From: Catajapyx aquilonaris
Lineage: Eukaryota
DNA length: 30,443 nucleotides
Direction: 5' to 3'
NCBI GenBank assembly: GCA_000934665.2
Contig: KZ538269.1
Span: 62,001 to 92,443 of the forward strand
Shown here: positions 11,790-22,929 of the stretch, piece after piece
Layout of the letters: every line of letters begins with the position of its first letter
Numbering within the stretch: position 1 is the first letter of the stretch
The notes under the pieces: model-generated
What the model was told of the DNA's origin: nothing
Database searches by the model: none
The model's input: only the letters and a program-made list of their open reading frames with translations
Program-made: the position numbers and the translations under genes

Positions 11790-12260
11790 AATGTGCGTAA
11801 TTTAATTAAGCTGTATGATGATCAAGTTCACAATCGCAAATCAGCAACTGAGACGTGGTTCATTTTTCCGCAATTAAGACAGCACAGGACCAATTAGCAT
11901 TGTGTAGTACATGTGACATAATTAAGCGAATTGTTATCTTGACCATTTACATCACCATTGCGCTTCAATTGTTCGCCGGAAAGCATAAGTTACGGGAGTT
12001 GATTGCAATCTTTGCAGTAAATTCCACAGCCGCCATTGTATCATTCTGTATTTCGACCAAAGTGAGGAGTTATTCTTCCTGATTAATTGAACGTAATTAA
12101 ATCCTGTAAAACCAGTTGCACAGGCTGGCTGTCGGCATCTCTATTTCGAAAATTTATAAATCGTGCTTTCTGAAATCTGTTTTCAGGCAAATGTCTCTAA
12201 AATACACACCGGCCTTTTCGATTCATACGCTGTTAAGTCACGTTTAATTAATCTTTACGA
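11790..12260. promoter_or_regulatory. Enhancer-like homeodomain-site cluster
   Basis: TAATTA at 11803, 11919, 12094 and 12245; CAATTA at ~11871 and ~11891; TAATTG at 12084. The block is CpG-rich and non-repetitive. Confidence 0.3.
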
Positions 12261-13279
12261 GGAAGTATATTTCAGCCGGCGTGATTTTATCTTGACAGAG
12301 GTTCTCAGCCTTTTTTTTTCTTATTCAAACCCGCGTCACACAAGCCAAAGGCATATTTTGACTTTATCAAAGCGTCAACCATGCGTGAAGACTTGATATC
12401 AATAGTTGACTCCAATTTTCCCCAGTCAAAATGGCTCGCGTGGCATATTTTGTCAGCACGGTTGCCCAAAATTTTTAGAAATATCTTGGGACATTACTCG
12501 TACATAAATGGGGCACGCAATGGAAAAATCTCTCCAATAAATAGTGCAACTTCAAGGTGTGGCCATTCATTCACGTTTTATCAAAAAAAAAGCCAAATTA
12601 TTTTTAACAGTTCCTAACACCACCCATAGACCATACTAATTTTTTGACAACATGCCTGAATTATTTTATGTTAAATATTTTATGTATTTTCTCTTTTTGA
12701 ACTAACATAATGAGGAAATATTTGACAATATGTCCAATATATAGAACGATAGGCATGTAGGTTAATTGTTTAAACTATTGATAAACCAAAAAAAATCACT
12801 GCAATTCAGTCTCAATAACTTATTCTGAGAGAATAATCTCAGATTTAGCACCAATCTAGGAGATGAAAGCAAAATTGCAGTGTGTTGCACGTGTGAAAAA
12901 CCGTTTCCTTAACACGCGTCTAATAATCGAGCAGTTAGGAGCTCACCCGTGCGAATGATATGGCAAAGTGGTAGTGAAGGAAAAAAAAATTCTAGAAGAA
13001 AAATCCCCCCCTGTGGATCCTTGCCAAGTTGCTTCTGCTACAACTGTAGAAAAAGGAAGCCATTATCGTAAAAGGGGAAGGACTGCAGTCGAAAAATGGG
13101 GTCCTCTTGTAACCAGAATGAACGGTGTCAGAATTTTTTGGGGAAAGTCCTAATAGACATGAGGCGGGAAAAGTCCAGCGGGTGGGCCAACATTTATTTT
13201 TTTTTTGTCCGTCAAGAAATTTTTTCCTTGTGTTTTTATATATCCTTGTTCAGTCCCCTTCTTTTGCGGCGGATGTCGT

Positions 13280-13770
13280 GAACGAAATAGGCGAATATCG
13301 GTGTCAGTTTCAAGTCAGCCCAAAATATCGCCAGGAAACTCTCGAGGCATAGGCCCAATTAAACCGCCATCATTTTCTTCCTAGTTGGCCCCCCCAAGAT
13401 TAGTATCGTTCTCCAAAAAGGGTCTATCTATCAGCAGGTTTTATATGGCTATATAACTGGACGTAAACATACGGTCGCAAATTCTGGAATTATGAAATCG
13501 TGACTGGGTAAAAAAAATCATGAGGATTGTAATTAATTGGCTTTTGGAGACGAGGTCCACACGCGCAATTGTCAGAAACTAGCCTATTATTAAGTCCCCC
13601 CATACTAATGTATAAAGGGAGATAACTGGAGGCATGCAAGTGTCGAACATGAATGACGGTCCGTGTGTGTGTCTCATGTGCAGTACCTTTAGTTCCAGGC
13701 CTTATTTTATATGTCATCACGAAGTCCACGTAAAAATTGGTCGGGCATGCCATGATATTAAAAGTTCGCA
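13280..13770 (-). pseudogene. Possible degenerate Gypsy-type integrase core
   Basis: FYVD...TRTVI...GLNNRLVSDNC (VD...VI...G.P..LVSDNG), then FTSSY...N...DR (TSSP..P.SNG..ER), then LESFL...T(G)YSP (L..FL...TG.SP). Confidence 0.35.
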
Positions 13771-15512
13771 ATTATCCCACACGCCAAGACTCCATTATAC
13801 AGTTGCACTTGCCTATACTCGGTAGATTTGCATGTCGTCTGCCACTGAAGGTCAATGCATTTCGTGACCGTTGGTCTGGAAAAATTGCCTTGTATCTTCA
13901 AAGCAATTTCTCCTTTTATGCCGATCAATGGCTAAGTGAAGCTCACGGAAGGGGAGAAAAAAATAATGGACAAAAAATAGATGTAAATCTTACATATCAC
14001 ACGAGGTAAAAATAGGGATATGTAATTACGTCACTATTTTACCCCGACTGTCAGGGTTTATGGCAATGGACAAGCATGTGACACGTAATGTTTGCGCATA
14101 GAATTTTAAGAGAAGTGTGACAACGTGTGAACTACTGATAGCTCACATGCTGGGTGCGTGTTAATAAATTTTAAAATCGTAATGAGCATGCTTAAATTTT
14201 CAAGTTCATGTGACACATATCGGTTTCGATTCGAACTGGCTGTTTAAAAAATGCAAGTCCAGTAGTTGTCACCCTTTTTTTTGGCACGTCCATCTATGTG
14301 CAGTATACAGAAGTGAGTAAGTACTACTTAATAATCCTCCAAATGCCCAGCTTTTATTCTTTCCAATACGAGTTTCACGCACTTTTACGACTTCATTTTC
14401 TTCGTCTTTTTCCTGCGTTGGCAATGGAAGTGGAGGACCATAAAAAGAGAATCCTAGAGAGTTTTTCCCCTTCTTAAAGGGAAGGTGTCAAAGATTTAAC
14501 CGCCTTGTTATTGCGCTTTTATGCCTTTGTAGGCTCAGCTTTATGTCTAACTTTGTCGGCATTTGGAATAAATTTTTTGGATGGGCCCCCGCACACTGGG
14601 TAAATTTTCATGCGTTATGTCCGATTGTGACACATTACACCAGAATGGCAGTTACGGTGTCCACAGATTACAAAAAAAAAAAATGGTGGCGTCGGTTGGA
14701 TATTTTATAAGGCCATTGGGATTGAACCCAGCTGCGCTTATTAAAGTGGCGGACGTTATTTTTTCCGTCTCAAAATTTTTTTTCGTCGTTTTTTTATAAA
14801 CTGCTCCAGTTACTGGTTGTACACGATTGCACCGTTTCTTGTCAAATGAACAAAAGTCTTCATGTTTTTCTACTGTTTTTTCTTCTTCTTCGGACTCCCC
14901 CCTTATGCACTAGTTTTTTTTTCTGAGCTGCTGAAGAAACGGCTTCACTCGCAACCTTACCGATCTAGTTTATCCCTCACAGCGTAACTACAGATCCCGA
15001 TTTTGAAAAGGCCCGCCCCGCTCGTGTTCGCCTAAAAACCAGGCTGAGCAAGGTTCTTTTACTTTAAAAAAAAATATGCCCGCTCCAGATCTGTCACCGG
15101 GGCTGAAACTGTCCGAATAATTTCACATCCCCTTTCCCCTATTCACTTCTACTTTCCAGTCCAAGCATAATGAAAGTTAATTATTTTTTGTACTCGAACT
15201 ATCTCATAATGGGATAACTTTTTTTTGAACATTTTTTAAAGTAGATGCTTGGTAGGTTTTTATTCTCGGGTTTGTGATCAGTGGGTTCCATCTCTCCATT
15301 TTGAAAACCCCTCTCTTGCATTTCCGGGGCCTTACCCCCAGCATCCTTTGTCCTGTAGCGTCCCCTACCCCTGGGTTCCCCACCCCACAAACCTTTCTAT
15401 GTAATGCCTGAGGGGACCGCCTGCTTTGAGAGAAATTTTTCTCCCTAGTCCCAAGGACCCCTCCCCTTGTGCTGAGCCCCACGGCGAATTCTATTGGGTA
15501 GGTCAGGGACGA

Positions 15513-15914
15513 AGAGAGAGAGAGAGAGAGGTAGGGGAGGGGGTACGATTTTACCAAAAGAGATGCAGCTGTGCACATGCTCGCATTTTGGGTTCCCCCC
15601 AAGCACTCACACACATGCTACATACGCCCCTGCTTTTTGAGGCCCATACTGCTCCAAAGTCGCCCAGAAAAGTTGATGGCGGTTCCGTCGCGATGGCGGT
15701 GCCAGATGGCTTTTGTTGGGGAAAAGGGAGTTTGTAGGTGGTGTTTACCCCAGGGGTACCACCAGGAGACTAGTCCCGGATTGATGACAATGGAAGGGGG
15801 CTCAAGATGGCGGGTGGGCAACGGAAAGTGACGCCAAGCACTGATCCGGACAAGATGGCGGAGGTTGGGAATGGTCGTGTCTCCAGCACCTGTAATGAAC
15901 CCTCGAGGGGACAA
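15513..15914 (-). pseudogene. Degenerate RTE LINE 3' end, ending at a (CT)9 tract
   Basis: NLRHLVRISAWRH...PSI...WGKHHLQ...TKAI...DGT...GRLWS...TQNASM follows the RTE C-terminal pattern LR.IL.I.W...PSI...RW.GH.LR...K...G.R...W...AQDR. (AG)9 lies at 15513-15530. Confidence 0.5.
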
Positions 15915-17218
15915 TAAAATGCATCGAAAAGACAGCCAAATTGTGTCGAAACTAATATTAGTAACTAATAGTTGTCAAAAACCATTGGTGGTCTAACTTA
16001 CTCCAGAAAGTAGACAAAGGTTTCGTGTCCATGTGGCCATCTGTATTCTTGGAGAGGCCAAGAGGCTACAATTTTATTACTGAATACGTGTTATTCATAA
16101 TTAGTGCTTGATGTCTTCATGAGAGCGGTCGTAATTAGGCTGGAAATTTTGACTATTCACCCACACACACGCAAAAGAAACGGCTCCTGGAGGCGCATCG
16201 TATAGACCCTAATCTTTGGTTATCTACATCTGTTCGTCACGTGTTGACTATCAGAAATCTGTGAAGTCTAAGGATTATAAATACTGGGGAGAATAATTCA
16301 GACGTTATTGACAGCCAGTTATTTTTCAGGGGAGCAATTTTTAAGTCGGGGGGGGCCATCGGAAGCTGCTTCTCACTTAGGCATCAACATCACCGACCTG
16401 ATTACGGTTGTGTCAGCTTTTAGACAGAAATTCGATAAACAAATTTACAGGAGATTAGTGGGGAACGAAAATAACTTGGCAGTTCATGTGGACTCACGTG
16501 AAGAGGATCCTCATCAAGTGACTTCCTTATACAGGAGCTTATATGCAGGGTAATCATTGAAGGAGTGGACGTCAATAAAATTTTATCTCAAATTTTGACA
16601 TTTTTTGAGATAATATAGAAAAATTGCTCTACCGCAATGTTGTGACAAATAGGAATCAGTTTTTTACTCATACAATTAACCGGTTTAATAACTTTTTTGA
16701 GCTTATTATCTGCTCCGTTTGCTCATTTGTCTTTATCCAAAATGCAAGAAAAACCAAATCGATTATTGTGGAGATAGTTTTTTGCTGTCTATCTCGTCAT
16801 TTACTGAAATACTTATCGCTGTAATTCGTCAAATTTTCAATAATATTCAGATTTTTGACGACGTAATAGCCACAATTGAGATCTTCGGTTGTAAGCTCCG
16901 ACTTTAAGCAGCAGGCCCGTCATTTTCTTTCAATTAATTGCACCGAATTCAATTAATTACAATTTTTCCCCATCATTCAACGGATTAATCAGCACATGTA
17001 GTCTAGTACATTCTTATTGAAACTGAGCGAAATATTCACACGTGTGGCATGTTCATATTGCTCTTAATATAATTATTTTGAACTAGTGTGAAAATCTTGC
17101 CCTGGTTGTTACAAAAGCAATGTTCTTGGATATGGAGTGAACTGGAGGAAGATCTGTGTGTCAGTATTCAGTACATGGCATGGCAGAAGAAGGGGGATAA
17201 TGAGGTCTAAAAATGAGC

Positions 17219-17243
17219 GTGACGTCATTTATGGATGGCTCCT
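17219..17243 (-). mobile_element. Solo terminal inverted repeat resembling PIF/Harbinger-type MITE end (contains CRE palindrome TGACGTCA)
   Basis: The reverse complement AGGAGCCATCCATAAATGACGTCAC resembles the GGGGCCATCCATAAATGACGTCAC termini common in invertebrate MITEs. I found no clear partner end. Confidence 0.35.
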
Positions 17244-17569
17244 TCTCTCCAAAAGGGTATAATGCACAAGTGGCTTCAAAAAAGGGCCCCCTCCATACCC
17301 TCCTCCTATATAAAAAATAGGGATACATTTGGGCAATCTAGTGGGAAGGGATCATCAGAGAAAGGCAAGGAGCACCCCTCCATGTAGCTTAAAAAGTGTT
17401 TATCTCGTAAGATCATTACGATTCTGAATTACTCAACTTCGATGTCTCGGTGCAATTAATACCAAATTTTTTTACTTTCACTAATGTTACAGGCGGCTGC
17501 GACGAAAAGTGTGCAAAACTAGATTTGGATTCGACTCCTGCAAAAATTCGGCACAAAATGGCCGCTTCA

Positions 17570-18000
17570 TCCAAGATGGCGTCGCTTGGGCATCAAACTC
17601 TCCCAAATTGACGCTTCTTCTGATGTTGAATAGTTATTGTGGCTTGGGTCTATTTTGAGTGTCGGGTGTGACTGTGACATGCCAAGCACGCGAGGCAGAT
17701 CAAAGATGGTCGCACAACAGCCTCGGTTCCCATCCTGAGCGTATTTCATTTGGAGGCGACGCCACGACGCCCCGTTCAGTATGGTCAAGGCAAATGCCGG
17801 GGAACAATGGACTCCCCAATTTTATTCACCCCGCTTCCTTTTACATCATGGGGTGCTGTTGGGTACCCCCCCCCCCCCCCCGGAACCACCGACCAGCTCA
17901 GCTCCCAATATTGATCGTCAACAGGGACTATACGCGTCGTTGCCATCCGAATGAGCGTCGGGACGCCCCCTCCACACATGCCTTTTTCCAAATCAATTGA
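17570..18000 (-). pseudogene. Degenerate LINE APE endonuclease (CR1/L2-like)
   Basis: GGGVPTLIR...WELSW (GGGV..LIR...E.LW), TILNG (I..GDFN) and LGMSQSHPTLKID (GL.Q...PT...LD) occur in order. Confidence 0.4.
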
Positions 18001-19929
18001 TCTCGACGTCAGTATTGCCCACCCCTATCAATCAAGGAGCGGTTGGCGCTGCCCCTTTGCCCCATTCTCCCACCAGAGATGGGCCATACGATGGGGGAAG
18101 GTCAACGTCACCCTTCGTCAATTGTCAACATTGAACATACATTTGTCTGTTTGTCCACGCTCTTAGTCATTCACTTAGGCTGAGAGAGGTCAAGCACAGC
18201 TTCTCTATTTGAAGGGGAAAAAAAAGTCATAGTATTGCTTCAACCCAAAAAGTGGTACGGTACTGACTTCACAATAAGCAACAATTTAACAACAATTATT
18301 GAGTTACTTTAAAAAAAATTGTTACATATTTTACCCAAATTGATGGAAAAGGGGCTTTAAAAAATTAACAGATTGCTTCAGTTGGAATATTTTTTGCACA
18401 TAAACAGTTCAAATGGACTTAAATGAATTTTGAGAGTTTAATAATCTGCGTCTCCGCCCTTCTAACTGACCATTAACGATACAAAAACAAACACATAAAC
18501 AGACAAACTTAACCTGCAGTTATCTTTACAGTCTGTTAAAAGGTTGAAGCAACTTATCATAAAGTGAGGGTGGGCGGCTATATTGAATTGAAGGCGTGAA
18601 ATATTTTTTTCTCCCCATAAAATTATGCAAATGGGATAATGCAATTGCGTGTCACATTGAGGGTCATATAATATTTGAGAAGCTGTCATAATGATTAGCC
18701 GTACCCGGACCTTCCAAGTGCAATTAACTGGGCGCTATAAAGGTCACACATGGTCGAACCTTCCATCCTACACATTATTACTTTAGATGAAGTTATCACG
18801 TCACTTTTTTGTGCTCTCCAGTGAAAGTACAATAGAAACTTTTTTTCTTCTTCTTCTTCTTCTAACCCTTCCGTCAGACTGGTCAAATAGACACAAAAAA
18901 ATCGATTACTGACCTATAAGTCCGGCCAGTATTAAAACCTACGTGTGAAATAGACAGAAACGTAATAAAAGTCAGCCTCCGGGATAATAGTGAAATCAAG
19001 AAGAACAGTTGGTGCAGATGAGCCTCAATCTAAACTAATTTTATAGCACCTCATACACTTTTTTTTCTCGTCTTTATCCCGAGCCGGAATATAAAAGTGG
19101 TCGAAAAAGGTCATGATGAATGAGCCATTCGAAATGTTGAGGATAAATATTCGAGGGGGCCGGAATTTTCAGAAAGTAAAAGGCTATTACAACAGCGTTG
19201 ACACGAAGCTTCCTGCCACGAGAACCGTATGTTTCTCATCCGCGACTGGGTAATGATGATCTCCGTCCCTCATTAAACTTATTAACCCGAGCAAAAAAAA
19301 ATATAAAAAAAGGGACGGATGTTTATCAATGGTTTCGAGTATTATTTCCACCAGGATAAAAAAACCGCCATTTTTAGGGATTTTAATTAACCGGGTTTAA
19401 CAATTTTGTGCCAACCATGTCAATTTCGATCCTAATAAAACAGTCGTTTAATAGCACCGTCATGAAACGGTTGTATATATAAAAAAAGGGCATATAATTC
19501 AGTTGTTTTATCTGACATCCCACGCGACTTTTTTTTAGACAGGAAGAGACGATTTTTTTTTTTAAATTATATCTACAGTAGAGAAATATTGATGGGATGG
19601 TAAAACTAAAAATGGCCGACGCCGCCATTCCGTGTTGGGTTGTTTTTCCCTCCATGTCATGGGAAAAGGAAAAAGTGCGCCAAACAGGGCACAATTTGTT
19701 ACTACCCTCTTTTGAGGAACCGTTTTAGGGTACCCCAACCGACTTCTGAGAATTGGGAGAGTCCTTTTGAGGGTGGTTGACCTCCAGATTCTTGAAATTT
19801 TGTGAGGACCCCTGCTGGAGGGGAACTTGGGTCTAACGGTACTCTTGTTTTGTGAAAAATTGGTGACATTTTGTCAATTGCTTGCTTAGCTCAGTACTTG
19901 TATGTACAGTACGTATACCACCAATCATG

Positions 19930-20310
19930 CAGTATGTTGTCGCCCAGTTTGAGCAAAGAAAAAAATAGCTTCCACTAATTGGTTTTTAGCGCGTTAGACC
20001 CTGGTGACTGAGGATAGACTTGCCAAGGAATGTGGCTTCTTCATTATCCGCTCCTGCCTTCGAAGGAATCTCAGACCTTCCATACACTTTTTTTTTTCTT
20101 TCTTTCTTCTATAGGGTCGTCTATTCTGTGGTCCCCTTTCCAAGCAAAGTCCTAAGAATCCAATCATGTGTGCGTATAGTGCGTGTTTGATTTTGACTTT
20201 CCCACGATTGTATGGATCTGGATCCAGTAGGGAGGATAAAATTGGTGTCAATCGTAGGGGCAAGAGAGGGGAAATATGTCAAGATGGGTCATGGGAGTCT
20301 GGGGGGTTTT
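19930..20310 (-). pseudogene. Degenerate L2/CR1-type LINE RT N-terminal segment
   Basis: KKPP..PILT (RP..LT) is followed by RLTPILSSLLDPDPY...KHAL...LERGPQNRRPY (RL...L...LDP.Q...ST..AL...LD), then IMKKPHSL (L..KL..L) and LKLGDN (VKIG). Confidence 0.45.
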
Positions 20311-21699
20311 TTGACGATTCCGTATGGGCTCCGTGTGTCTGCATGTTTGGACGCGGAGCCAATCAAATGTCATGACTGAAGGACAGTTCAAAAGCCTGGT
20401 ATATCAATCAGAGATTGGATGTGCTGGGGGGGCCTTCCGTTAAACGTCTTACTTGATCGGCGTCACACTCTTAAATATTCGCGTTGGAAAAGTTCACTCA
20501 ACAAGTGGGTGGTCGTGACGTACCGTCTATTCGGTTGATAAGTCTATTTGAAATAAGTGGGCAATATTAGCAAAAAATGATCATAATAATTTATTAAATG
20601 CGTAAATAGTAAGCAAATCATAACGATAGACTACTTAACCACGAAACGATGAAGTTCAACATTTGGAAGAAAATGGCAGGAATTTCTGCTCTACGATTTT
20701 AAAGTGTAATTAAGCTATGTTTGCACTTGAGGTAAAGTGCATTACTTCTGCGAGGTAATGGAAAATAATGTCTTAAACTCCGTTGTCAAAATATTTTCCC
20801 CGCGTGAATTCGAATAAAGCTCGATTAATTTCGACTAAAATTGTCTAAATATTTATCAAATTTCCCCGCACAACAATAGGGTACAATTGTAAGAGAAAAA
20901 CATGCACAATGAATGATGTAAAACGCTTAAAATAAATGAGCAATTACTTACTGTACAGTACCGGTACTTGATTTGAATAAATTGGGCTCACGTGTTAAGA
21001 AAATTTAGTGAAAAATGTCTCCCCTGAAAATGTGCGTTCTGAAATATTTTTGTCGCATATTTTGGCTAAATTTAAACGTCTTTTTACTCACTTAAAATTG
21101 GGCTTAAGTGATTTTAGACACTTGAACCGATCAATTGTCCAATTTCAATCAAAAAGGTGCACATTTAAGTAAATTGAATATTTAGTCAGAAAATTACACC
21201 AACTTACGTTTTGGTCTTTTAAAGCCGCAATATTCTCACGGTATTCGCTCCAGTTTGCAGTTATTCTTAAACTTTCACTTACAGACCCAGCTTAATTTCC
21301 ACCCACTAATACACCGTGCCACATTTGTCCTTTCAGCCCGTTCCTGCCGCCGCAATAAAATTTTTTCGGGGGGCCCCTAGAAAACCCCTCCTCCCGCCCC
21401 CACCTCCGTTTTTTGGGAGCCCCTCCTCCATAATTTAGGTTCACCACGTGGGAACCACTCATCGTTACCAGGCTGACGAGCTAGTGACGGCAAAAAATAT
21501 ATATATCAAGAATTTTCCAGCATGTTTGACAAAAGGGGAGGCCTGTCCAAGATAGGAGTCGAAAAGTTGGACTTATGCACACAACACCATTCCGCCAAAG
21601 GAATTTTTCCAGGACCAACCGAGGCGTGTTGATTGGTTGGAGATAACTACTTATGGACCCTTCCGACTTTTTTTTTTTTGGGAAGAAAAAAAAAACAGG

Positions 21700-22330
21700 T
21701 AGGTATTCTCCCCAAGCCATAGCGTCACAGTTGTTAGATCGAGAAGAATCACTCCCCCACCTTCAGCTTTATGCCTTAATTACGACTTTCCGTGACCACT
21801 ATTGTCGCCATCACCGTAACAATGACTGCCCCTTTTTGGAAAATAAACCTCCTACCCGATCTGAATGTCTCTGCACGACAGGAGGGGGGGAAAAAATGGC
21901 TGCCATTTTATTGTACTCATCGTGGGTCATAAATCATACAAAAAATTGTGTCATATATTCACAGGTAATAATTGAATCCTAGATATTTTGGGCTCATTTT
22001 TTCGGCCATCCTTCCGCCATTTTATTTGCAGCTCTTGGGTACGGAACACCTGGACCAGGAGGGGACTTCTTTTCATAGGTGTCCACCAATCCCAGGTCTC
22101 TAGTTTGAGAAAAGGTGTGATTTTTGGGTGAAATATGCCGGAAGTGTCGCACGTGCCATGATGACCAACCCTGCCACAATGTACCACGAAAAACACTACC
22201 AATTTTATTCTATAGTGATCCTGATTAATGCCATATAATTCTGCAGCAATAAACACAGCTCCTGAATCTGTGTAGATATCGACTCTGAATCCACCATAAT
22301 CCCATCATGGTCGAGAAGGGGAAGGGAAAG
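21700..22330 (+). pseudogene. Degenerate CR1/L2-type LINE APE endonuclease
   Basis: Ordered motifs: TTIVAITVT (~21795; DIIAITET), GGGEKMAAIL (~21881; GGGVAI), CVIYS (IYRPP), GGDFF (22058; GDFN), PRKTLPILF (PTR..LDL.F), IHHNPIMV (SDH..V). Confidence 0.6.
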
Positions 22331-22929
22331 AAAGAGGGTGAAACACTCCTGATTCCGAGCACGACTCACATTCTCCCATCGGATTATCAGAGGCAAGAAT
22401 CAGCCTCCTAGAAATGACTCATCCCCCCTCACCAGGGGTTTTTGATAACTCTTGTGTCGCAACCAATGCCTTCCGGATACCCTGACGTCATCGATGATTC
22501 CTCCTCCCTGGGTTTCGTTAGTTTGGGTATCATAGATAAGTAAAGATGCCCTTCGACCCGACCTTATCAACAGTCTGGTCATCTGCATGCCATCAAAGCC
22601 AGATTTTTAGACTGAGGTTGGTATTATTAGTGTCTGCTCACTGGGAATTCCGGAGCCAGAAATAAACCAACGGGTTCCTTGTAAACACCGAATGAATGAA
22701 AAACTGGCTTAAAATAAGCCCATTCCCAAATATGACAAAAAAATGTTACACACGTGTCTTTTCAGCTAGTTTGAGTCCAATTATAAACGTATGCTTCTAT
22801 TTTCAAAATTTGGTATAAATTTAGGATCAACATGTCCAGTTTCTAAAATCAAATTAACGTCGGGATGATGAGCACCAAATTGCATTCGGGGTGTCAACTA
22901 ATGCAATTGTAGGGTCGACACTGGGTAAT

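Noticed and set aside
11585..11800. Poly-valine ORF
   Set aside because: Artefact of the (GTA)n microsatellite.
14450..14650. Weak resemblance to a hAT dimerisation domain (LESF...DL...LRFYAFVGSALC...SAF)
   Set aside because: The key W and CE/FS residues are absent; too weak to call by eye.
16213..16226. TCTTTGGTTATCTA, identical to the first 14 nt of miR-9
   Set aside because: The sequence diverges after 14 nt and no complementary star arm or hairpin follows; likely chance.
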